Shown: in pieces, positions 25,930 to 34,389 of the stretch
Numbering within the stretch: the stretch's first letter is position 1
Layout of the letters: the number at the start of each line of letters is the position of its first letter
IMG/VR virus record: IMGVR_UViG_3300045972_000291
Coordinates: 377 to 64,376 of that record
Length of the DNA stretch: 64,000 nucleotides
From: a virus
Reading direction: 5' to 3' (one strand)
Made by a program: the position numbers and the translations under genes
The notes under the pieces: generated by a model
The model's database searches: none
Told to the model about the DNA's origin: nothing
Seen by the model: only the letters and a program-made list of their open reading frames with translations

Positions 25930-26335
25930 CGAAGCCGCCACCATTGCCTGGCACCTGGATCGCATCCGCGCGCAAAGCGACAGGATCGAGGAGCTTGAGG
26001 AAGAGGTCCGGCAGCTGCGCGAGCAATTGGCGCCGCAGATCTATTGGGCGCCCGACCTCGGATTGACGAATCTCGATAAGAGGGTTCTGGAGGCGCTGCT
26101 TGGCCGGTCGCCGACGCCGCTGACCCGGGAACGGATCATGGTTGCGGCCTATCCCGATCCCGACCGGGCGCCTGACGCCAAGATCGTCGACACCGTGATC
26201 TGCAGGATGCGGAAACGTCTGGCACTCCACGGCGTCCGGATCGGAACCGGCGGCTATAACTGCGGCTGGTTCATCGATAAAGAAAACGCCGCGATTCTCG
26301 CCAAGCTGCAGGTCAGCGGGGCGTCGCCGCCATGA
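25922..26335 (+). CDS. CtrA/OmpR-type winged-helix DNA-binding protein lacking a receiver domain
   Basis: N-terminal coiled coil, then LTRERIMVAAYPDPDRAPDAKIVDTVICRMRKRL. Confidence 0.82.
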   Translation: MRDEAATIAWHLDRIRAQSDRIEELEEEVRQLREQLAPQIYWAPDLGLTNLDKRVLEALLGRSPTPLTRERIMVAAYPDPDRAPDAKIVDTVICRMRKRLALHGVRIGTGGYNCGWFIDKENAAILAKLQVSGASPP

Positions 26336-27660
26336 ACGCACATCCATCGCCCGATTCCGCCATCATTCAGGACTTCGCGGCGTTTGAAGCGGAAACGCTG
26401 CGGATGCTGGCGCCGCCGCGCGAAAGCCGGCTGGGCCGGATCTCCATCGGCGAGGTCGCCACCCGGAAGGTCAAGCCGGCGTCCTATATCATCGACGGCT
26501 GGATGCTGGCGCGCGAACAATCATTCTTGGCCGGCGAATCCCAGAGCGGCAAATCCTTCCTGGCCCTTCACGCCGGGATGTGCATCGCCACCGGGCGCGA
26601 TGTTCTGGGCCGGAAAACCAATCCTGGTCTCGTCATCTATCAGGCCGGCGAATCGGGTTTCGGCGTCACCGGCCTCCGCATTCCGGCATGGATCCAGCAC
26701 TTCGGGGAAGGTGTCGATTTCTCTGCGGTCCCTTTCGAAATCATCCCGGCGCGCGTCAATCTGTTCCGTCCCGACGGCAACGCCGAGGAATTCCACCAGG
26801 TCGTCGCTGCGATCCAGAAGGAATGGGCCGGCCGCGCCGATCTGCGCGCCGTCATCATCGACACCATGTCCAAGGTCATGTCCGGGGCCAACGAAAACGA
26901 CGGCCGCGACGTCGGCCGCGTGCTGGAGAACGGCGAACGGATCAGCCGCGATACCGGCGCCCATGTCTGCTTCGTCCACCATCTGCCCAAAAACGGAACC
27001 GGCATGCGCGGGCACGGATCGCTGAAGGGCGACACCGATTCCGTCGTCATGGTCTCCGCGGCGCCCAACGGGGTCCGCACGGTCCTGTTCGACAAGGTCA
27101 AGGACGGCGAGGCCGGCGGGAAACTTTCGTTCGAACTCAGCCAGGTCAAGATCGGTGTCCGCGATGACGGGAAACCGATCACGTCCTGCATCGTTTCCGG
27201 CGTCGGCGAAAAGGAAGCGGCGCGCAAGGCGGAAGAGGCCAAGGGCTTTTCGCTGCGGCCGCGCGAGGAGCCGATCTTCCGGGCGCTTCTTACCGCATTG
27301 GCGCGCTATGGCCGCGTTGCCGACGCCGACATGGAGGCCAAAGGCGTTCCGGCAGGCGTCGCCGCCGTCGAGCTGTCGGAATGGCGCGAGGTCTACAAAT
27401 CCATCGCGCCGCCTGACGCCAACCTGCAGGAACCGAGCGCCGACGCGATCCGGAAGCATTTCGAACGCTACGGCCAGAGCCTGGTCCGATACGAGGTCAT
27501 CGGGTTTTCCAACCCCTATTTGTGGCATACGGGCAAGGCCATTCGCGGTTTCCCGGAGACGCATCGCAATCTGGACAAAACCCGGACAAGCGCCGGACAA
27601 AACCCGGACAATACCGGGACAACGTCTGATTGGATCAACGACCTCGGGGAGACGTTCTGA
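26332..27660 (+). CDS. AAA_25/RepA-type replicative helicase
   Basis: Walker A GESQSGKS, Walker B VIIDT, ENDGRD, VHH..K..RGHGSL. Confidence 0.9.
   Translation: MNAHPSPDSAIIQDFAAFEAETLRMLAPPRESRLGRISIGEVATRKVKPASYIIDGWMLAREQSFLAGESQSGKSFLALHAGMCIATGRDVLGRKTNPGLVIYQAGESGFGVTGLRIPAWIQHFGEGVDFSAVPFEIIPARVNLFRPDGNAEEFHQVVAAIQKEWAGRADLRAVIIDTMSKVMSGANENDGRDVGRVLENGERISRDTGAHVCFVHHLPKNGTGMRGHGSLKGDTDSVVMVSAAPNGVRTVLFDKVKDGEAGGKLSFELSQVKIGVRDDGKPITSCIVSGVGEKEAARKAEEAKGFSLRPREEPIFRALLTALARYGRVADADMEAKGVPAGVAAVELSEWREVYKSIAPPDANLQEPSADAIRKHFERYGQSLVRYEVIGFSNPYLWHTGKAIRGFPETHRNLDKTRTSAGQNPDNTGTTSDWINDLGETF
27573..27622 (+). repeat. Five GGACAA repeats at exact 11-bp spacing (iteron-like)
   Basis: Copies start at 27573, 27584, 27595, 27606 and 27617. 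Confidence 0.85.
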
Positions 27661-27896
27661 TGCCGGAACCCCGCCAGCCCGACCTTTTCGCCCCGCTCTA
27701 TCTCGGCGCCCGCGTCGAGCTTTTCCATCAGGTCCGCGACGGCCAGACCGCATGGTTCGCCCAGGCTGTGGAGACGACGCCAACCGGGCGGCCGAAGATC
27801 GTCGACGGCAAGATTGCGTTGGTCGGCGGATTGGCGGGGCCGTTTCCGTCCTCCGAGGCGGCGCGGAAAGCGATCGATTTGCGGAGAAAGCCATGA
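27660..27896 (+). CDS. Hypothetical protein
   Basis: ATG overlaps the helicase stop. Confidence 0.6.
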   Translation: MPEPRQPDLFAPLYLGARVELFHQVRDGQTAWFAQAVETTPTGRPKIVDGKIALVGGLAGPFPSSEAARKAIDLRRKP

Positions 27897-28582
27897 GCAA
27901 GCGTGATCCCGCCCGCGCCGCCACCAAGGCCATGCTGCGGGAGTTTTCGAATCGCAGGCTGGTTGTGCCAGCGCGTGTCCGATTGCCGGAGTATGCCGAC
28001 GACGATGATGATGGGATTGCCCAAGCCGGCTCTCTTGCTGCGATGCTGGATGACCCCTTGGACCCGAGATCAGCCGTCTCGCCGGCCCGCGCGCGCCGGT
28101 GGCTTGAGCAGCAGGCCCAAGATAGGGACGCCGAGCAGGTCTGGACCGTCAACGAGGTTAAGTGGCGGCTGGAGGAAGCGGCGCGGATCGGCGAACGTGT
28201 CGTCAGGCGCGACGGCCCAAGCCAGGATTTAGGGTTCTGGCCGGCGCTTGGCCGCCCCACGTTCGCCGAACAAGTCGCGATGATTGAAACTGGCGAGCTT
28301 GAACGGCTGAGGCGGCAAATCAACGACGAAGGCGGCGGCGGCGCTTCCGAAATTCAGGTCTCGCGGTTCGAACAGGCGATCATGTGGCCGATCCATTACC
28401 TCGGTCCGGATCGATTCGAGCGGGAGCGGATGGTGCTGCAATCCTGGATCAAGGCGCTGGCGTTCCGGGAGCCGTGGCGCCGCTGGATGATCGAGCCGGA
28501 GCCGACGTCGCATCGGGTCCGCTGGCAGGCGCTGGTGCTGATCACGTGCGGGCTGATCCGCGATAAAGCGAGGATGGTGTGA
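27893..28582 (+). CDS. Putative late-gene regulator (Q-position, DUF6362-like)
   Basis: WTVNEVKWRLEEAARI...GFWP...SRFEQAIMWP; located after replication genes and before the late promoter. Confidence 0.5.
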   Translation: MSKRDPARAATKAMLREFSNRRLVVPARVRLPEYADDDDDGIAQAGSLAAMLDDPLDPRSAVSPARARRWLEQQAQDRDAEQVWTVNEVKWRLEEAARIGERVVRRDGPSQDLGFWPALGRPTFAEQVAMIETGELERLRRQINDEGGGGASEIQVSRFEQAIMWPIHYLGPDRFERERMVLQSWIKALAFREPWRRWMIEPEPTSHRVRWQALVLITCGLIRDKARMV

Positions 28583-28914
28583 TGCTCGATTTCATCCGCG
28601 ATTTTCTGAGGTGGAGACGTCTTGACCGGCAAGAACGCTGCGTCGCGACGGATGTATACACGACGACATTTGTTAATGAGGACTACGAGGAAACCGGCGA
28701 GATCGTAACGCATGTCGTCGAATTCTGGATCGACGGGACCGGGAAAAGATGGACTGTTGTTGAAACTTCGGACCAATACCTTGCAAAGGAACATAACGGT
28801 ATAACCGTGGCAAAATCGAATTGGCGGCACCATGCCGACCTACCGCCCGCCGCAAAAAGGGTAAGCGGCGGGGCGCCGGTCGCGCTTGTTGTTGTCGAGC
28901 GCGACGCGGGATGA
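28579..28914 (+). CDS. Hypothetical protein
   Basis: Coupled ORF, somewhat AT-richer. Confidence 0.65.
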   Translation: MMLDFIRDFLRWRRLDRQERCVATDVYTTTFVNEDYEETGEIVTHVVEFWIDGTGKRWTVVETSDQYLAKEHNGITVAKSNWRHHADLPPAAKRVSGGAPVALVVVERDAG

Positions 28915-29228
28915 CTGCCTTCCGCCAGCGCCGCCGCGCCCGCAACCCCTACCACGGCTTTGACGAGCCGCCAGCACCCCGCCGCGCCCGGCCCATCATC
29001 CCCGAAGACGATATCAGGATCCTCAAACCCGCCGTGATCACCATGATGGTGTTGGAACGGATCGACAAGCGCGCCGGCGATGCCGAACCCTGCACCTTTG
29101 CCGAACTCTGCCTGGTCGTCGGCGGCGAAAATGCGCCCGAACTGAAGCGGACGCTGTTACGGCTGGAGCGGGAAGGGCGAATCACGGGGAAGGTCGAGGG
29201 CCGGGCGATTGCGTGGCGGCCGGCGTGA
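28911..29228 (+). CDS. Winged-helix hypothetical protein
   Basis: CTFAELC...LKRTLLRLEREGRI. Confidence 0.6.
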   Translation: MTAFRQRRRARNPYHGFDEPPAPRRARPIIPEDDIRILKPAVITMMVLERIDKRAGDAEPCTFAELCLVVGGENAPELKRTLLRLEREGRITGKVEGRAIAWRPA

Positions 29229-29340
29229 ACAAACCGCGATTTTCTGGGTCCGTTCCGTGGCGCCGAAAAGGCCGAAAAATCCGGACCTTTGGCAATAACT
29301 GTAGCAATTTCAATACCATAACATCGGTGCCGGGTGATTC

Positions 29341-29379
29341 GGACAAAAACCGGACAAAATGCGGACAAAACCCGGACAG
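29341..29379 (+). repeat. Four GGACA(A/G) repeats at 11-bp spacing followed by phased A-tracts
   Basis: Copies start at 29341, 29352, 29363 and 29374; same unit as in the helicase gene. Confidence 0.85.
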
Positions 29380-29527
29380 GCCTCAAAAAGCGGGTCTGGC
29401 GCCAAAATCCGTCAAGCAAAATCAGCCTGAAAACAGGACTGAAATGAAAAATAGTTGAAGCCCTTTGAAATCATGAGTTTGAGGCCGAAAAAGCCCCGAA
29501 AATCGGTATTTGATCTACGCCCCCTTA

Positions 29528-29557
29528 TTGACGTGGAGGGATTTGTCGGTCTTTCAT
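29528..29557 (+). promoter_or_regulatory. Putative late (PR'-like) promoter
   Basis: TTGACG at 29528-29533, identical to the two early promoter -35 boxes; -10 is weak. Confidence 0.5.
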
Positions 29558-29562
29558 GCGCT

Positions 29563-29732
29563 AGTCAGCCTCGGCATAGTTAGTGACCGATCAGACAGCG
29601 CTGGATCTGAGTTGATGAGCGTGAGGCGGCCTCAAGCCGCCGCTCTCTCACACAGTGCGAGTCTCTTATATCAGCGGTAACATTGTTGATGTTGATAGAG
29701 GCGGTTCAGATTCTTAACAATGCCGAGGCCGG
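29563..29732 (+). ncRNA. Candidate structured non-coding RNA / late leader
   Basis: GCCTCGGCAT (29568-77) pairs perfectly with ATGCCGAGGC (29720-29), extended by GTTA/TAAC; internal hairpins GGCGGC-CTCAA-GCCGCC and TATCAGC/GTTGATA. Confidence 0.55.
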
Positions 29733-29850
29733 AAGATTTTTCCGAATCGGTGGCCGATAACGATCCTTCCTTCGCTGGCTTGATTCGGACCGCGCGCGCT
29801 GTCCGGTTTTTGAGGTTCTCCAGATGTCATCACCTGATCGATCACGCATC

Positions 29851-29938
29851 GGAGCGGTGGCAGAGAGGCTTATTGCGTCGGTCCCGAAAACCGAAGGACC
29901 GCAAGGTTCCGTGGGTTCAAATCCCACCCGCTCCTCCA
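29851..29938 (+). tRNA. tRNA-Ser(CGA), atypical C33 and U73
   Basis: GGAGCGG/CCGCTCC acceptor, TCGGT-CCCGAAA-ACCGA anticodon arm, long variable arm, GTGGG-TTCAAAT-CCCAC T arm, encoded CCA. Confidence 0.88.
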
Positions 29939-29959
29939 ACCGACAGCAACGCTAGACGA

Positions 29960-30034
29960 TCCCGCTTCGTCTAGTCGGTAGGACAAGGGCCTTTGAAGCC
30001 CTCAACCTTGGTTCGAGCCCAAGAGCGGGAACCA
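29960..30034 (+). tRNA. tRNA-Gln(TTG)
   Basis: TCCCGCT/AGCGGGA acceptor, AGGGC-CTTTGAA-GCCCT anticodon arm, CTTGG-TTCGAGC-CCAAG T arm, CCA. Confidence 0.92.
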
Positions 30035-30153
30035 GTTCAAAGCGCAGAACTGCGGCCAAGGCCCGTCACTGGATGGGATGCTTTCCGTAGGTGTGCGCAG
30101 ATCGGCATGCATCTGGCTCCGGGGCGCTCCGAACCTGATGCCGCCGAGAGTTT

Positions 30154-30231
<78 letters not shown>

Positions 30232-30252
30232 CATCCCCAGGGAGGAGCGCAC

Positions 30253-30459
30253 ATGACCGGCTGGCCATTCGACGGCGCGCCGAAGCGCGTCCGACTCGAC
30301 GCCGATCTCTACGACCACGCCAAAGCGGGAGAACCGCGCCCGGCCGAACCGGCGCGCGACACCGTGCTGGTGGATCAGCCTCTGCGTATGGTTGGGGCGG
30401 ATCGGGGGAGGATTGAGGACCAAAAACGACCGCAGGGGCCGGATTGTGACTGCCGTTAA
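30253..30459 (+). CDS. Hypothetical protein
   Basis: Strong SD GGAGGAG before ATG. Confidence 0.5.
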   Translation: MTGWPFDGAPKRVRLDADLYDHAKAGEPRPAEPARDTVLVDQPLRMVGADRGRIEDQKRPQGPDCDCR

Positions 30460-30754
30460 AAAAACCACGAAAAAACAGCTTCCGCCTGGGCCGGGCCGCC
30501 CCAAAGGCCAGCCCAACAAGACGACCAAGATCCTCAAGGAAGCGATCCTCGAAGCGGCAACCAGCGCGGGCGGGAAAGATGGCATCGTCGGCTATCTGAA
30601 GACCCAGGCGACGAAGAACCCCGGACCGTTCATGGCCCTGCTCGCGAAAGTGCTCCCGCTTCAATTGACCGGCCCCGGCGACGGCCCTGTACAGGTGGCG
30701 AAAGTTGAATGGGCGATTGTCGATCCTTCGTCCGACGATAGCGAGGGCGTTTAA
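30446..30754 (+). CDS. Terminase small subunit (putative)
   Basis: GPGRPKGQPNKTTKILKEAILEAA...GIVGYLK...FMALLAKVLP; immediately before TerL. Confidence 0.75.
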   Translation: MTAVKKTTKKQLPPGPGRPKGQPNKTTKILKEAILEAATSAGGKDGIVGYLKTQATKNPGPFMALLAKVLPLQLTGPGDGPVQVAKVEWAIVDPSSDDSEGV

Positions 30755-31940
30755 GCCTCTGCTTGCACCGCGCCGCTACAAGGGCGCGCGGGGAGGCCGC
30801 GGCGGGGCAAAATCGCACTTCTTCGCCACGCTCGCCGTCATGGAGGCTGTGACCGGTCATCAGCGATTTGTCTTCGCCCGCGAGGTGCAGAACTCAATCG
30901 CGGATTCATCCAAGCAGCTGGTCGAGGATAAAATCCGGCAATTCGGGCTGGCCGACCAGTTCAAGATCACGGATCAGGAAATCATTTACCCGGCGACGGA
31001 CTCGCTGTTTGTTTTCCGCGGCCTGATGAAGCACACGGTTTCATCGGTCAAATCGATGGAAGGCTTCACGCGCCTCAATCTTGAGGAGGCGCAGACGATC
31101 AGCAAGAGGTCGCTTGAGATCGCGGTCCCGACGTTCCGCGCGCCTGGCTCGCAGATATGGGCGGCGTGGAACCCGGTCAAAGACACCGATCCGATCGACA
31201 AGCTTTTCGTCGACAACAGGGACGATCCCGACTTCGCGCTGGTCGACGTCAACTATTACGACAATCCATGGTTTCCAGCCGAACTCAGGAAGGACATGGA
31301 GCGCGACAAGGCGCGCGACCCCGACAAATATGCGCACGTCTGGCTTGGCCACTACCAGCGCAATTCCGAAGCGCGGGTTTTCCGCAATTGGACGGTTCGG
31401 AAGTTCGATACGCTGGCCAATGCGCGGTTCTATTTTGGCGCCGACTGGGGATTTTCGGTCGATCCGTCCGTTCTGGTCCGATGTTTCATCGATGGGCGGA
31501 CGCTTTATGTCGACCAGGAGGCATACAAGGTCGGATGCGAAATCGACCACACACCGGAGCTTTTCGATACAATTCCTGGCTCTCGCAAATGGCCCATCAC
31601 GGCGGATAGCGCCCGACCGGAAACGATCAGCTATATGGTCCGCAAGGGATTCAGGATCAAACCTGCGGTCAAGGGCGCGGGCTCGATAGAAGAAGGCATC
31701 GAATTCCTGAAAAATTACGATATCGTCGTGCATCCGAGATGCACCCACACAGCCGATGAACTGGCGCTTTACTCGTTCAAGACCGACAAGCTGACGGGAG
31801 ACGTTCTGCCTGTCCTTGAGGACAAAGAAAATCACGTCATCGACGCTTTGCGTTATGCGGTTGAAGGGCTGAGGCGAGGCGGCATGATGGTTATTTCGGA
31901 CAATGCCGTGCGCGCCGCAATGACAGGCGGCCGTCGATGA
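30705..31940 (+). CDS. Terminase large subunit, PBSX family
   Basis: GGRGGAKS Walker A, AREVQNSIADS, EEAQ, WNP, GADWGF, ADSARPE, NHVIDALRYA. Confidence 0.95.
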   Translation: MNGRLSILRPTIARAFKPLLAPRRYKGARGGRGGAKSHFFATLAVMEAVTGHQRFVFAREVQNSIADSSKQLVEDKIRQFGLADQFKITDQEIIYPATDSLFVFRGLMKHTVSSVKSMEGFTRLNLEEAQTISKRSLEIAVPTFRAPGSQIWAAWNPVKDTDPIDKLFVDNRDDPDFALVDVNYYDNPWFPAELRKDMERDKARDPDKYAHVWLGHYQRNSEARVFRNWTVRKFDTLANARFYFGADWGFSVDPSVLVRCFIDGRTLYVDQEAYKVGCEIDHTPELFDTIPGSRKWPITADSARPETISYMVRKGFRIKPAVKGAGSIEEGIEFLKNYDIVVHPRCTHTADELALYSFKTDKLTGDVLPVLEDKENHVIDALRYAVEGLRRGGMMVISDNAVRAAMTGGRR

Positions 31941-33556
31941 GCAAGCGTGGGGCCCGTCGCCAGCGCGCGCGAGCGCCGGCTGCGCCATCCATCCCGCCGC
32001 GGCTGTCGATGAAGATTTCGCCGGAAGCGCTCGCCAGGGCGCGGGTCGGGACAGCGGAGCATGCCGCCCCGGTCAGGAACGGCGACGCGTTCGCGCCCTA
32101 TCAACCGGCGCCGGGCGTGCTGCCTGCCGGACAAAAGATCGCGATGGATAGCGCCTTTGCGGGCGCCGGAGATTGGCTCGGCGCCATCGGCGCCAGCCTC
32201 TACGCCGAGGGGCAAATCTTCCTCGGCTATCCCGAGCTCGCCGCGATGGCGCAGCGCCCCGAATATCGCGTCATCTCCGAAACCATCGCGCAGGAAATGA
32301 CGCGCGAGTGGATCGAGTTCACCACGGCCGGCGACGACAACAAGGCGGACCGGATCAAGGAAATTGAGGACGAGTTGACGCGTCTCGGCGTCCAGGACCT
32401 GCTTCGGGTAACGGCGGAAAAGGATGGATTTTTCGGCCGCCACCACATCTTCGTCGACTACGGCGACAAGTTCGAAGACCCCGAACTGCAACTCGATATC
32501 GGCGACGGCGAGGACGCGATCAGTCTCGCCAAGGTCAGGAACAAGCCGATCAAGGCGCTGAAATCCGTTGAAGCGTCATGGACCTATCCGGCCAATTACA
32601 ACGCCTCGAACCCACTTGCCGACGACTGGTACAAGCCCAAATCCTGGTATGTGATGGGCCGGGAAATCCACGCCTCGCGCCTGCTGACGTTCGTCGGCCG
32701 CGAAGTGCCGGATATGCTGAAGCCGGCCTATTGCTTCGGCGGCCTGCCGATGTCGCAGATGGCCAAGCCTTATGTGGACAACTGGCTCCAGACCCGGCAG
32801 GGCGTGAACGACATCATTCAGGCCTTCTCGGTCTTCGTGCTCGCCACGGACATGTCGAGCGTCATGGATGGCGGCGCAGGCGAGACCTTCTACAATCGCC
32901 TCGATATTTTCAGCGCCACCCGCAACAATCGCGGCGTCATGGCGCTGAACAAGGACACGGAAGATTTCAAGAACGTCTCGGCGCCGCTCGGCACGCTCGA
33001 CGCCCTGCAGGCGCAGAGCCAGGAGCACATGGCGTCGGTCTCGAAGCTGCCGCTGGTCAAGATGACCGGCATTTCTCCGTCCGGGCTCAACGCGTCGTCC
33101 GATGGGGAACTGCGCTGCCACGGCGACAACATCAAGGCCAATCAGGAGACTTTGTTCCGGCCCAACCTGACTAAGATCATCAACCTGATCCAGCTTTCGC
33201 TTTGGGGCGAGGTCGATCCCGCCATCGGATTCAAGTTCAGGTCGATCTATCAGCTTTCGGAGAAGGAAGCGGCGGAGGTCCGCAAGATCGAGGCCGAAAC
33301 AGGGGCAATCCTGATCGACGACGGCGCGCTGGCGCCGCATGAGGAGCGCGAACGCGTCGCGAAAGACCCGACGACACCCTATCAGGGGCTCGATCTGAAT
33401 GATGACCCGGAGATTCCAGGGGACGGCCTTGATCCCGAAGCCGATGCGGGTGAAGATGGCGGGCTGAACAGCCTGTTCGACGCATCAAAAAAGGCCGACC
33501 TTGATCGACATCAATCTCGCGGAAATGATGTCCGCGCTGGCGGCGGAAGAGGCTGA
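31937..33556 (+). CDS. Portal protein (DUF1073-like)
   Basis: Follows TerL; IHASRLL, YCFGG.P, LVKMTGISPSGLNASSDG. Confidence 0.88.
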   Translation: MSKRGARRQRARAPAAPSIPPRLSMKISPEALARARVGTAEHAAPVRNGDAFAPYQPAPGVLPAGQKIAMDSAFAGAGDWLGAIGASLYAEGQIFLGYPELAAMAQRPEYRVISETIAQEMTREWIEFTTAGDDNKADRIKEIEDELTRLGVQDLLRVTAEKDGFFGRHHIFVDYGDKFEDPELQLDIGDGEDAISLAKVRNKPIKALKSVEASWTYPANYNASNPLADDWYKPKSWYVMGREIHASRLLTFVGREVPDMLKPAYCFGGLPMSQMAKPYVDNWLQTRQGVNDIIQAFSVFVLATDMSSVMDGGAGETFYNRLDIFSATRNNRGVMALNKDTEDFKNVSAPLGTLDALQAQSQEHMASVSKLPLVKMTGISPSGLNASSDGELRCHGDNIKANQETLFRPNLTKIINLIQLSLWGEVDPAIGFKFRSIYQLSEKEAAEVRKIEAETGAILIDDGALAPHEERERVAKDPTTPYQGLDLNDDPEIPGDGLDPEADAGEDGGLNSLFDASKKADLDRHQSRGNDVRAGGGRG

Positions 33557-33558
33557 AC

Positions 33559-34386
33559 GTGGCCTCGAAGCAGCGCGCGCGCCGGGACCGGAACGAAAAG
33601 GTTCTCCGCGCGGTCCAGCCCAACGCCGGGATCGAAGCGGCGCTGCGCCAGAAACTGACGGTGCTGATCGACGAAATGGCGAACTCGGTCCAGTATTGGA
33701 CGACGGCGGCATATCGCCAGAATGAGCTGGAAGTCGTCGCGCTTGCCGAGGACGAAACGCCGGCCTCCGCGCTGCTGAAGACCGTTCGGGCGCTTCGGCG
33801 CCGCTGGCTCAAGCGGTTCGATGTCGCCGCCGAAAAGCTTGCGGACTATTTCTCGACCGCGATCAAGGACAGGTCCGACGCGGTCCTGAAGAAGATCCTC
33901 AAGGACGGTGGGTTCGTAATCGAATGGAAGATGACGCCAGCCATGCGCGACGTCATGCAGGCCAGCATCGGCGAGCAGGTCGGGCTGATCAAATCCATCC
34001 CGGAGAAGTATTTCACTCAAGTCGAAGGCGCCGTGATGCGATCGGTCCAGACCGGGCGCGATCTGAAGCAACTGACCGACGATCTGCAAAATATCGGGGG
34101 CGTCACCCGACGCCGCGCGGCGTTCATCGCCCGCGATCAGAACAACAAGGCGACCGCAACGATGAAGCGGACGCGCGAGCTCGAGGCCGGGATCGACGAA
34201 AACGAGTGGCGGCACAGCGGCGGCGGCAATCACCCGCGCCCGACGCATCTGAAGGCCGGACAGGACCGGGTTCGGTTCAAGGTTTCGGACGGCTGGGAAG
34301 ACCCCGCGCTCAAGAAGAAGATTTGGCCGGGAACAGAACCGAACTGCCGCTGCTTCGGGCGCCCGGTGCTCAAGGGATTTAGCTGA
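33559..34386 (+). CDS. Head morphogenesis protein (SPP1 gp7/Mu F-like)
   Basis: RAAFIARDQNNK, WRHSGG...PRPTH, PGTEPNCRC. Confidence 0.9.
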   Translation: MASKQRARRDRNEKVLRAVQPNAGIEAALRQKLTVLIDEMANSVQYWTTAAYRQNELEVVALAEDETPASALLKTVRALRRRWLKRFDVAAEKLADYFSTAIKDRSDAVLKKILKDGGFVIEWKMTPAMRDVMQASIGEQVGLIKSIPEKYFTQVEGAVMRSVQTGRDLKQLTDDLQNIGGVTRRRAAFIARDQNNKATATMKRTRELEAGIDENEWRHSGGGNHPRPTHLKAGQDRVRFKVSDGWEDPALKKKIWPGTEPNCRCFGRPVLKGFS

Positions 34387-34389
34387 TCC

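Noticed and set aside
29213-29458. 81-aa ORF across the second iteron array
   Set aside because: Runs through repeats and A-tracts, atypical composition; more likely non-coding
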